Source: Azolla caroliniana (lineage: Eukaryota > Plantae > Polypodiophyta). From it: a stretch of DNA of 64,000 nucleotides. The notes beneath the pieces were generated by a model. The model worked only from the letters and a program-made list of their open reading frames with translations. It was not told where the DNA came from and ran no database searches. Positions within the stretch are counted from its first letter, which is position 1; every line of letters begins with the position of its first letter. The stretch lies in NCBI GenBank assembly GCA_043228905.1, contig JBHGNT010000007.1:20212001-20276000 (forward strand), read 5' to 3'. The position numbers were made by a program, and so were the translations under genes. Shown one piece after another: positions 1 to 18,744 of this stretch.

Positions 1-3000
1 GATGAGGGACATGCTCGTGGTTAAAGATCTTTGGTTGCCAGTTCAGTTTGGGGACAAGAGACCGGACAAAATCGGCGCCACGATATGGGAGGTGATGCAC
101 ATGAAGACAACAGCGTACATACGGTGCTTCATCGACATGAGCCTATACAACAACTTCAATGAAGAGAGCAAGGCTCATGAGCTCTGGGAGAAGATCGGTG
201 TTATGTTTCAAAACAAAAATGATATTAATCAGGTTTCGGTATTCCGAAAGCTAGTAAGACTCCGGTACCAAGATGGCTCCAGCATGGCGGAGCACATGAA
301 TGCCTTCCAGGGGCTGATCCACCAAGAAACATCATTGGAAGTACCTCTCGCCGACGAGGTACTAGCACTACTCTTGCTCGGTTCCCTCCCAGATAGCTGG
401 GAGACGTTGGTTGTCACCTTGGGCAACGCCGGGCCGAAAGGGAAACGGTTATCCCTAGCAAGAGTGAAATCGAGCTTGCTAGATGAGGAGGCGCGTCGAA
501 AAGATAAGGATACGAGCTCCAACTCCAAAGCGCTCCTTATCGAATCAGAACGTAGAAGACAAAGGAACCGTAGTCCCCAGAACCGGGAAATGTCGGGGAT
601 GCGGTCAAAGTCAAGGGGGAGGCCTACTTGCTTCTATTGCGGCAAGCCAAGGCACTTCCAAAAGAAATGTCGGCATTTCCGGAAAGACAAGGAAACTGAT
701 GGTACCGATTCGAAGCGGACACCGGACCGGAATGGTAAAGATCGGAGGGGAACGGACAGGAAGGGAATGACGGCAATCATGGCAAGTGAAGAAGAGTTGA
801 TGCTCATCACCGAGGAAAGTTAGCTAAACCTTGCCGGCGACGAGATGACCTGGGTGGTCGACTCCGAAGCGTCGTTCCACCTTACCCCGGACCGGAAATG
901 CTTCTCATCCTACTCAGCCGTTGATCACGGTTGTGTCCGGATGGGGAATGAAGGTACATGCCGAATTGTCGGCATAGGAGACGTGTGGTTGTCAACACCA
1001 ACCGGATGCAAGATGCTGTTGAAGGATGTTCGACACGTTCCGGAGGTTCATCTGAACCTGATATTAGTCGATCGGCTAGATGATGAAGGCTACACGGGTA
1101 GCATCCGGAACGGTGTTATAAAGTTCAGCAAAGGGAGCCTGATTGTGGCTCGGGCCCGGAAGGTAAACACACTGTACCTGATGAATGCCCGGTTATGTCC
1201 GGAGGAAGTGAACGTGGCATCCGACACTGCCGGTGAGCTGTGGCACAAGAGGCTATGTCACATGAGCGAGAAGGGGATGAAGAGGCTTGCTGACGACAAC
1301 CTCATTCCAGTGAAGAATGTGCACTTGGAGAAGTGCACTGATTGTCTAGCCGGTAAACAAAACCGAACCTCCTTCTGATCAAGGCTACCGATGAGACGTA
1401 ATGCGCCACTGGAGTTGGTGCATACGAATGTGTGTCAAGTGGACATGAAGTCACATGCAGGATCGTAGTACTTCGTGACGTTCATAGATGACCACAGCCG
1501 GAAGCTGTGGGCCACACCGTTGAAGACGAAGGATTAGGTGCTATCCTTCTTCAAAGAGCTCCATGCGAGAGTGGAAATAGAAACCGGCCGGAAGCTGAAG
1601 GCGGTTCGAGCAGATAACGAAGGTGAATACCAGGGGCAATTCGAGGAGTACTGCCGCTCGAAGGGAATCCGGCTCGAATTTACCGTGCCGAAGACGCTAG
1701 AACTAAATGGACTGGCCGAGAGGATGAACCGGACCGTAATGGAGAGGGTCCGGAGTATGCTGGTGCATGCAAAGCTACCCAAGAAGTTTTGGGTTGAGGC
1801 ATTGTCGACGGCGACATATGTGATAAACAAATCACCCTCAGTACCCTTGGACGAAGACACGCCACAGAGAGTATGGACCGGTAAGGAAGTATCCTACCAG
1901 CATCTGAAGGTATTTGGGTGTCTTGCATATGTTCATGTAGCTAAGGACCGGAGAGGAAAACTAGATCCGAAGACCCGGGCATGCATATTCCTCGGTTACG
2001 GCGACGATGAGTTCGGCTACCGAGTGTGGGACTTGGTCGACAAGAAGGTATTCCGGAGACGAGATATTATCTTCATGGAGGACAAGACGCTCGCCGACTG
2101 GGAGTCGGAGAAGAAGGTAAAGAACTCTGAGTCGACCGGTAAGGATCGATTTTACGATGAGCAAACCCAACTGGCAAGGGACCGGTTAGCACTCGAGGAG
2201 CCAGCCGATTACGGTGAGGATACCGAACCGGCAGAAGAAGAAGTAGAGGAAGCTGAAACCGGAACCGGCCTAGACCCCGAATCAGATTCGGATGAAGAGC
2301 AAATGGAGGAGCCGGTTACCGAAGCCCAGAGACGGAGATATCCTCTCAGAGAGAGAAGGCCCCCCCGGAGATTTCCGGATGCAGAGCATGTGCTGCTAAC
2401 CGATGAGGGGGAGCTAGAAAGCTTCGAAGAAGTGAAGGATGACACCCACAGCCGCAAATGGTTAAGTGCCATGCAGGATGAGATGGATTCCCTGCATGAG
2501 AACCATACGTACGAATTGGTGGAGTTGCCGAAAGGAAAGCGGGCACTCCGAAATAAGTGGGTGTACAAGTTGAAACCGGGAGATGCCGGCAACCCCCCGA
2601 GATACAAAGCCAGGATCGTGGTGAAGGGGTTCCAGTAGAAGAAGGGCGTGGACTTCGACGAGATATTTGCCCCGGTAGTAAAGATGACCTCCATCTGGAC
2701 GGTGCGGAGTATAGCGGCAAGCATGGACCTCGAGGTAGAGCACCTGGACGTGAAGACGGCATTCCTTCACGGCGACCTCGAAGAGGAGATCTACATGCAG
2801 CAACCGGAAGGATTCATGGAGAAAGGGAAGGAGCACCTGGTATGTCGGTTGAAGAAGAGCCTGTACGGACTGAAACAGGCTCCCCGACAATGGTACCGGA
2901 AGTTCGACTCCTTCATGACTGATCAAGGGTACCACAAGACGCAGGCCGATCACTGCGTGTTTGTGAAGAAGTTCGAAAGAGGCGACTTCCTGATACTCCT

Positions 3001-4743
3001 TCTATACGTGGACGACATGTTGATCATCAAACGGGACCAAGCCAAAATACGGATGCTGAAGAAGGCTCTCAACCGGACCTTCTCAATGAAAGACTTGGGT
3101 CCGGCAAGACAGATGTTGGGGATGCATATCATCCAGAACCGGCCAATGAAGTAATTGTGGCTATCACAGGAGAAATACGTGACAAAGGTGCTTCAGTGGT
3201 TCAACATGTTAGAAGCGAAACCGGTCGGATCGACACTCTCGGCAAACTGCAGATTATCCGATAAGCAAAGCCCGAAGACTAAAACAGAGAAGGCTGATAT
3301 GACAAAGGTTCCATATGCCTCTGCCGTCGGGAGCTTAATGTATGCAATGGTGTGTACCCGACCGGATATAGGATACGCAGTCGGAGTGGTGAGCCGATTC
3401 ATGAGCAATCCTGGCAAGGAGCACCGGAACGCGGTCAAATGGATACTCCGGTATTTGAAGGGCACTTCAAATATGTGTCTCCGATTCGGTTCCGGAAAAC
3501 CTCAACTTGACGGTTTTACCGATTCGGACATGTCGGCTGATGTGGATACCAGCCAGTCTACATCCGGGTATGTAATGACATATGTAGGGGGAGCCGTCTC
3601 ATGGCAGTCGAGGCTACAGAAGATGGTTGCGTTGTCAACCACGGAGGCGGAGTATATGGCGGTTGTGGAAGCCGGCAAGGAAATATTATGGATGAAGGAC
3701 TTCATCGGAGAGCTCGGTATCCGGCAAGATGAATACCGGCTCTATTGTGACAGTCAAAGTGCCATCCACCTTGCTAAGAATGCGGCCTACCATTCCCGGA
3801 CGAAGCATATCCAACGGAGGTATCACTGGATCCGGGAAAGAGTAGATGACCAGGAGTTTGTGATGACGAAGAACCACACGGCCGAGAACGGGTCAGATAT
3901 GCTGACCAAAGTACTGATACCCGACAAGTTGGATACATGCAGGAAGCGGATCGGACTAGTAAGACATCCCATGCCGGAGTGAAGGGGGAGTTTGTTAGGA
4001 AACAGGTCCCTCCACATGGGAAGTCAAAAGAACAGTACTGATGAGCAAACTCGGTCGAGGCCGAAACCGGATGAGGATTACCCGGCTACGGAGAGCCGGA
4101 TGTTGCAGACCCGGTGAGAACCGGATGACGAGTACCTGGCTACGGAGAGCCGGATGGTGCAGACCCGGTGAGAACTGGATGACGAGTACCCGGAAATGGA
4201 AGACCCGGTGAGAACCGGATGATGAGTACCCGGCAAGCGCCGGATGATGCAAGCCCGGTGAGGAGTGCTCACCGGATGAAGAGACATATTCGTAAATATG
4301 TTTCTAAGAGTCCATCGTGGCTCTATTTGTAAATAGCCGAAAAGTCATATTAGTATAAATATGATGACTTAGGGCAAACTTTTTTGTGTGACAATGCGAG
4401 AGAGTTGTTGTCAGTTCTTGTTGGCGCAAGATTAGAGCGCGCAACTGTGTACAGAGAAAGTGAGAGAGAGGAAGAGTTCGTTACCTCTGATTGTAACTGC
4501 CGCCTGTGGCGAAGATAGCAAGCTCGAGGTCGTGGCCTCGGTGCTTTCTTATTGTACATTCTAACATAGTGATAGTTTGCGGTCTGTGGGCTGCCGTGGT
4601 TTTTCCCGATTTTGGGTTTTCCACGTAAACATCTTGTGTACTCTTCTCTCTATCGTGTTGTGTTTCATTCCCTGTTTTCTGTGTTTTATTCTAGACTCGG
4701 TTGTGGCCGAGCGTTGTTCAAAGGGAGTGTGTAGTTCTTGTCA
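1..4743 (+). mobile_element. Ty1/Copia LTR retrotransposon (Copia-A), 5' end outside the window, disrupted gag-pol plus 3' LTR
   Basis: ORF pieces in Copia order: gag with CFYCGKPRHFQKKC knuckle (2-823), protease WVVDSEASFH and GAG-pre-integrase WHKRLCH (845-1378), integrase ADNEGEY...NGLAERMNRT (1538-), RT LDVKTAFL/LLYVDD, RNase H ending at 3982. Several in-frame stops. PPT GAAGGGGGAG at 3981-3990, LTR TG(3993)...CA(4743). Confidence 0.95.
3993..4743 (+). repeat. 3' LTR of Copia-A with CCGG-rich ~54-bp subrepeats
   Basis: Starts TGTTAGG right after the PPT and ends TTGTCA. TATA-like TATAAAT near 4354. Units CCGGATGA(C/G)GA...ACCCGGTGAGAA start at 4067, 4121 and about 4174. Confidence 0.85.
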
Positions 4744-6822
4744 AACCACACGTATGAACTGGTGGAGTTGCCGAAAGGAAAGCAGGCACTCCGGAATAAG
4801 TGGGTGTACAAGTTGAATCCGGGAGATGCCGGCAACCCCCCAAGATACAAAGCTAGGATCGTGGTGAAGGGGTTCCAGTAGAAGAAGGGCGTGGACTTCG
4901 ACGAGATATTTGCCCCGGTAGTAAAGATGACTTCCATCCGAACGGTGCTGAGCATAGCAGCAAGCATGAACCTCGAGGTAGAGTAGTTAGACGTGAAGAC
5001 GGCGTTCCTCCACAGCGACCTCGAAGAGGAGATCTACATGTAGCAACCGGAGGGATTTGTGAAGAAAGGGAAGGAGCACTTAGTTTGCCGGTTGAAGAAG
5101 AGCCTCTACGGTTTGAAGCAGGCTCCCCAGCAATGGTACCGGAAGTTCGACTCCTTCATGACCGATCAAGGATACCACAAGACGCAGGCCGATCACTGCG
5201 TATTTGTGAAGAAGTTCGAAGTGGAGACTTCCTGATACTCCTCCTACACGTGGACGACATGTTGATCGTCGGACGAGACCAAGTCAAGATACGGATGCTG
5301 AAGAAGGCTCTGAATCCAGACCTTCTCAATGAAAGACTTGGGTCCGGTAAGACAGATACTGGGGATGCATATCATCCGGGACCGGTCAAAGAAGCAATAG
5401 TGGCTATCACAGGAGAAATACGTGACAAAGGTGCTTCAGCGGTTCAACATGTCAAATGTGAAACCGGTCGGATCGACACTCCCAGCAAACTGCAAGTTAT
5501 CCGGTAAGCAAAGCCCGAAGACGAAGGCAGAGAAGGCGGATATGATGAAGATACCATATGCCTCTGCCATCGAGAGCTTAATGTACGCAATGGTGTGTAC
5601 CCGACTGGATATCGGATACGCAGTCGGAGTGGTGAGCTGGTTTATGAGCAATCCTGGCAAGGAGCACTAGAATGCGGTAAAATGGATACTCCGGTACTTG
5701 AAAGGCACCTCAAGTATGTGTCTCCAATTCGGCTCCGATAAAACCCAACTTGACGGTTTCACCGATTCGGATATGTTGGTTGATGTGGATACCACCCAGT
5801 CAACATCGGGATATGTTATGACATATGCAGGGGGAGCTATTTCATGGCAGTCGAGGCTGCAGAAGACGGTTGCGTTGTCAACCACAAAGGCGGAGTACAT
5901 GGCAGTCGTGGAAGCCGGCAAGGAAATATTATGGATGAAGGACTTCATCGAAGAGCTAGGGATCCGGCAAGAGGAATACCGGCTCTATTGCGACAGTCAA
6001 AGTGTCATCCACCTTGCGAAGAATGTGGCATATCATTCCAAGACGAAGCACATCCAGCGGAGGTACCACTGGATCCGGGAGCGAGTGGAAGATCAAGAGT
6101 TCGTGCTGACAAAGATCCACACGGAGGAGAATGGGTCAGATATGTTGACCAAGGTGTTGACGCCCAACAAGTTGGACGCATGCCAGAAGTGAATTGGACT
6201 AACCAGACATCCCATGCCGGAGTGAAGGGGGAGTTTGTTAGGATTTCAATCCCTCCGGATGGGATGATGAAGGCCCGATGAGAACCGAATGATAAGTACC
6301 CGGTAAGGAAGACCCAGTGAGAACTAGATGACGCAGGCCCGGTGAGAACCTCTCACCGGATGAAGGGACATATATGTAAATATGTTTCTGTTAGCCCATT
6401 GTGGCTATGTTTGTAAATAGACCGAAAGTCATATTAGTATAAATATGACCTAGGGCAAACAGTGTCTATATCATTGTGTTGTCATTATTTTGTATAGAGT
6501 TATTGGTGTAATTGTTGTACAGAGCGTAACAGAGAGCGAGAGAGGGAAACAGAGTAAGTCTCTGTTGTCACCGCTGCCAAGCGAAGAGTGTGAAGACGAG
6601 GTCGTTGCCTCTGTGTTCTTCATTGTATTCTCCTCACATAGTGATAGTTTAGAGTTTGTGGGCTCCCGTGGTTTTTTCCCGTTTAGGGTTTTCCACGTTA
6701 ACATCCTGTGCATTCTCTTCTGTTTGTGTACTTACTTCCATTTCTCATCTTTCTGTGTTTCATTATCATTAAGTGATCTAAGTCTCGATTGTGGCCAAAG
6801 ATTATTCCGCGTATTCTCTTCA
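4744..6822 (+). mobile_element. 3' half of a related Ty1/Copia (Copia-B): RT-RNase H and 3' LTR, interrupted by Copia-A
   Basis: Resumes mid-pol (AACCACACGTATGAACTGGTGG, paralogous to 2501). RT and RNase H ORF fragments with stops and frameshifts. PPT 6224-6233, LTR TG(6236)...TTCA(6822) similar to the Copia-C LTR. Confidence 0.9.
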
Positions 6823-8575
6823 CTATGAAACATGTAGTTATTGAGGAAAGATTAAATGATCCACTAAGGAAGAAATGGAAATATGCTACAAGGAGAAAAT
6901 TAGAATATTACATTGCAAACATCAATCCTGAATGTTGGGTTCTATATAAGGCAAGAAGGCCTATTGATCGTATTCAACTACCTCATTACTAACATGAGTA
7001 TTAAATCTCGTAGAGCCCTAACACTCCACACTCTATCACACAACCTAGGTGTTGAAGTTGCATTATGGAATCAAAATCAGCCAAATATAAAGACATGTAA
7101 GATATACAAGGAAAGCCTGGTAGAGGATGAATATCACTTGCTTTTAACATACTCTACATATAGTGTAGTTTGTGAAAGCTATGATGATATATTAGGATGG
7201 GGTGATGACTTGAGTATCATACTAAAAAGAACCTAGGAGGTTGAGCTCATATGTGTATGCCGTATTCATACATTGTGACTTGGTGCTTCAAATTATCAAT
7301 ATCCCTTCTTAGGAAGGAGACACACATCAAGGTAAGTTTTGTACTTTGGTCCTATGGGTCAATATTGACCTCTCCATGGACGCTAAAATAAATCTATCTA
7401 TGTATCTATCTAGTCTATGCATCAATAAGCTTGAAGAAATAGTACACAAGGTTGCAAAAGAAAATGGATTGGATAGTTCAACGTCCATGCATGGGTTTAT
7501 TTTTATACTCCTATATTTTGATGAAGTTGTTTTATTCTCATATAATGTGGATGAAATGCAACAATTACTTGATGTATTGGACACAACTTGTCAAAAAAGT
7601 GGGCTAATTGTTAACGTGGACAAAACAAAAATGATAGCAATAAAAGCAAGGCATTTCCCCATGTTTACATACAAGGGAGAACGAATACAAGTGGTGCAAA
7701 GTTTCAAATATCTTGGTATTAATGTGCCATCGACAAATAGGTGGAATGGAGGTTATGAGTCTCAATTGCAATCAAGTTGGAATAGTTATTATATGTTTGA
7801 GAATTAATGCAACCAAAGCAACACTTGAGGATGAGACGTGAGATTGATGTTATTCAATGCTATGGTGGTCCAAATGTTGCTTTATGGAGTAGAAATGTGG
7901 GGTGACGCTACTTCACTTAGTGCATGGAATGAAACTGAGAAAATCCAAAAAATGTTCTTAGGTATAATACTTGGGGGCAAAATCCTCAACATCCTATCCT
8001 ATCATGCTATTAGAAATAGATGCTCAGCCCATCGAGGTATTAGCCATGCAAAGAGTATACAAGAATATCACAAAACTCAAGAATATGTCTAATCATAGAT
8101 TGACCAAACAAGCTTGGAACATATGATGTGTAGTACAAAAAGTCAATAAGAGCAAAATCTTCCCATCTAGTCAGGTGCTTGGCATTATGGAATGGTTTCA
8201 TTTATGGGGAGTAAAATATCGATTGGAGCTCTCACGTGAAGCTATGAAGTATGTGCTAGGATAGATTACTAGAGGCATCAAGGATGAAGTGGTAATATGC
8301 TAAAATGTCAAAATTGGAATATTACACTTCAAATATTAATTCCCAATACAAGGAAAAAAAATGCTAGACATATCCAATCTCATTTCACTACCCCCATGAG
8401 GATCTTGGAGAGCCTTAACACTTGTTTGAACTCGCTCACACAAGTTAGGTGTTGAGGTAACATTATGACATCATCACACAAACATGAAGATATGCAAAGT
8501 ATGCAATGAAAACCTAGTGGAGAATGAATGAATATCATTTACTTATCGCATGCTTAGGTTATATGGTAATTGTTA
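6823..8575 (+). mobile_element. Two head-to-tail degenerate non-LTR retrotransposon (LINE) fragments
   Basis: RT motifs ILLYFDEVVLFS, GLIVNVDKTKMI and FKYLGI (7346-7807). A C-terminal CKI...EDEYHLLL zinc-finger-like segment is present twice (about 6823-7300 and about 8240-8570). Confidence 0.75.
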
Positions 8576-10425
8576 AAGTCTAACTAATTAATTAGGCAAA
8601 ACATAAGGAATTATACACCAAAGAAAGGAAAGAGGGGTGCCAAAACCACCTGACCACCCCCTAGCAACGGCGTGAGACCGACTTGAACCTCCTCGATGTT
8701 CCATACCATCGAGGGTTGATGCGAGTCGTACCTTGGGTTATGCAAGGATCATACATGATTGGCTAAAAAGAGTCATAGCCACATTGTCATGGTCTCAACA
8801 TAAGTCAAGCCTCCTTTGGTAAGGACATGCATCTATTTGCATAGACAAGGTGCATACCTTCAATGTGAAAGAGTTTACCAAAGTGAGATGGATACTTTGG
8901 CAAAGCTGGCAAATGTTAGTGCGCAACTCAAGATGAAGGGGCATTTTCCATTTCTAGATTAGAAAGTTCCATTCAAGAACCTATGGCATAAATAAACAAT
9001 ATGTGGCTAAGGTCAGCATGATCATTGAGTTGTAATTTATAAAGAAGATTGACAATCATTAAGTTGGACTATCCACCATCACATATCATTAACATTGACG
9101 ATCATTAAGTTGGTCTATCCCCATTGTTAATGACCCTTCGATTGTATGAGCACTGCAACTATCAAGAGGAGCATTTATGGTCTCACTGTTATCATGATTA
9201 TGATACCATGATCCCTGCTACTCCAATGCTTTGGGGGAGAAAGTGAATGATATGACAACAAATGCCATCTCAATGATTACGAATAACTCAGTAGTTACGT
9301 TATTCATAAAATTATATTTTTTTCATTATATTCCTAGTCTCAAAATGGCCCTTAAAAAATGAACAAAGACTCAGGGCAGGTAGGAAATAATACATACAAT
9401 TGAGCCATGTCAAAGACTGATGCCCCAATTACCCCCTTTTGAATCTTGGCATTTTTTGTCCGCATGCATATTTTATAATCCTGTCTCTTTAGCCTTACAA
9501 CTTACAAGACCTACTTCAAATAACTTCACTGAATAGAGGGGAAAGGATAGGAGTGACCCTCCATAGCAGAACATAGATTCTCCAGAATCAGTGTAAATAA
9601 ACTTATCCATGAGGTGCAGAAAGCATGTGATTAAGTTTGTCTTTAACTACATGAATGTAACCTGCTGATTAAAAAGACAAAATAGAAAACTGTTAAATGT
9701 GCTAACTCTTATAATATGAACAGAATTAAGCAATACCAAAAAGATGTTGTCTTTATAAATTACCTCCAACTATCAATGAGGATGGGTGCAAACACTTTTA
9801 TAGTGATAGAAGCCAGTTTTATGGTTCCTAAAATCAACTACCAAATTGAACCTTGAGGTGAGCTTCCTTTCATCAGTTTTCAAGAACAGTAATGTGAGTG
9901 GCCCATCACATAGAAAGGATAGTTTGACATCAGTGCCTCTTTATGTTTTACCAGAGAAATAGAAAGAATAAAAAAACACCTAGTTTGGGATTAATATTAA
10001 AGTTATAGTGCAGCAAGAGTTGATAAATAGTTACAGCAGCAAGTGTTGATAGATAGTTTACAGCACAAGTTACATCTATCCATGTTTGAGGACTTCACAA
10101 TGGAGACACTTTTCCCTGGCCAATAACAGCTTTGGTCTTGCAAGAAATAAATCTCTTCATGCAATCCTATAACATGAAGACAGTTTCTCTATTATTCAGA
10201 TGATGTTCCAATTTCCACATAACATCATGAAGAGATTGTGAAAACATAACAGATAATCATAACCTAAATCCCTAGACACCATGAAGCGGTGAAAATTTTG
10301 CAACAAAGATGTAGTGTAAAAAATTCCTGACGATGGCAGCTTTTTTATGGTACGTGATAACAGTATACACATTTTTTATAGAACATTCTTGATAGAATTA
10401 TGCCCTGAAACGTCAAGACAGGAGT

Positions 10426-16737
<6,312 letters not shown>

Positions 16738-16793
16738 TCTCTCTCGAGTAGGAAATCGGAAGCAGGGGACCAAAGACAACGTCTTCGACAGAA

Positions 16794-16906
16794 TCTCTCT
16801 CTCTCTATCTCTCTCTCTCTCTCTCTCTCTCCTCTGTTTCTCTTTCTCTGTCTCTGTCTCTTTCTCTTTCTGTTCTGAAGAAGAAGAAGAAGAAGAAGAA
16901 GAAGAA
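16794..16906. repeat. (CT)n and (GAA)n microsatellites upstream of the NDUFS8 start codon
   Basis: CT array at about 16794-16875, then a GAA array. Confidence 0.85.
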
Positions 16907-18744
16907 AAACAATTTGTATTGATTGATCAAAGGGAGCCCTCTTCTTCTCTGAATTTACATATCTGGCCTGCCATGGCCCTTCCTTGCACTTCTTTAGTTT
17001 GGGTAACTTTGTTCCTTAACATGTTTACCAATACTCTCTACTAAGAAGAAAAACAAGAACACACCCACCAAGGCCTTTCTCGATACCTCCCATGCGTAGA
17101 GCAAATGTGGCATGATCGAAAGTACCCAGCCCATGATATCGCCCATGATTCCATTGGGCTCTCTCAATCATCTGTTTGTCCACAGCCTCGTGCTTCGTTT
17201 CGTGTGTCTCGGTCGAATCCGAACAAAATAGTCATAGCTCCAGAAAATGTGTATCTACAGACCCCACAATCCAAGGAACCCGCATTTCCACATGTAACCC
17301 CCCCATTCATTCACGCTCTTAATTGATGATTCGCACACACACACACCCCTCATGCTTTGGCGTCGTGCTTAAGTGTGATTGAAAATCTAGCCCCCCCTAG
17401 AAATGATAGAAACTCAACATTGTTTGTGATGTGACAGTCAACTGTATAAGGAATCCAATTCACGTGTAATCATGCTTGTATGAAACGTATCGAAATGGCG
17501 AAGATCTCTTGCCATTCACATTACTTGACGACTAATGTTTATTATCAAGGAAAAGGGACTATGTAGCCAATTGTTAAATGAGGTCTCAAAATCTCCCCAA
17601 AATATATGTTTATGATATCAAACAAGACTCTATGAACAAATACCTTCTCTCCCATTGATATTTTTTTAACTCGTTTGGAGAGTCTTTCCTGAACGAATTT
17701 TTTCCCCAGTGTTGTCTTTCTCTGGATGATTGTGAGTTTAGAAACTTATTGGTCTAATAGATTTTTAAATATGTATGAAGTGATGATGTGTCAATTTATT
17801 TGAAACTTTTAATATGAGGCTTATTATAGTGAAGTAAGAAGTTACTCGTGCATATATCAAGTAGGTGATTGATGGCCTTTTTGAAGGCCGTATTTTCACT
17901 TTCAAACTTATGTGCAACCAGTAACTATGTTTAAGTCTTTTATGTGATGTTTAATGGCAATGTGTTATGTGACGTTTGATAATATGGAAGTACATATAGA
18001 GGTTATTACCAACATAAGTAATGGTTGTATTGAGGTTTGTGAGTTACTAGAACAATAAGGGCACATTGATTTTCATGAGACAATTTTTTGAGAGAGGATG
18101 TTAAGATCATATGAAGATTTCTAAATCATATGTATAAATCTACAAACAATCTAATTTTCACAATCACCCATGATATGAAGAAACTATAAGAACTTTGTTC
18201 TATGGAAGCTTGTGGTTGGCATTGTTGTTTTGCACACCGGTAGTTGATTGCCTTTTAATTTATTGTTTATAGATGTCCCTCATTGTCATTGATTTGAACT
18301 GATTTTAGAGGTGCATATCAGTAGTATCTTGAATGCCAAGGTCAAGATTAAGGGTTCTTGCAAGTATAAGAAGATCATCATCACAAATTATATGTACATC
18401 AGATTTACAATGCAAAAGACATTGTTTGCTTATATGTTATGAGGATTTATTTGGCAAGGCTTTGTTTTCAACCCACAGAATATACTACACAATGATTAGG
18501 ATTTATTACATTTGCTATAATGATTCCAATTTTCTTATTTGCCTTCCATCAATTTGTAAAATCTAAGTATAGACAGCTCATATGGAAGACACGGTCGATG
18601 ATATATACAATTGGCAGAGAGATTAGCGCAATTACAATGGAACTAATTAGTAAAGAGTACTAGTAATGTACATTTGTAATAATTGCCTTAATTATGTATA
18701 GTGATACTAATTAGGCATTAATCACATAGCTCATCGGGCACTTG

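Noticed and set aside
823-2638. Programmed readthrough or U-to-C editing rescuing the in-frame Copia stops
   Set aside because: The stops are typical C>T transitions in a nuclear TE and mostly differ between copies. One TAG is shared by Copia-A (2636) and Copia-B (4878), but Copia-C has CAG there.
4067-4280. Regularly spaced repeats that look like a CRISPR array
   Set aside because: No unique spacers, eukaryotic context, and they lie within a Copia LTR U3.
8680-8720. Small hairpin suggesting a Helitron end
   Set aside because: No CTRR terminus at the expected distance and no other support.
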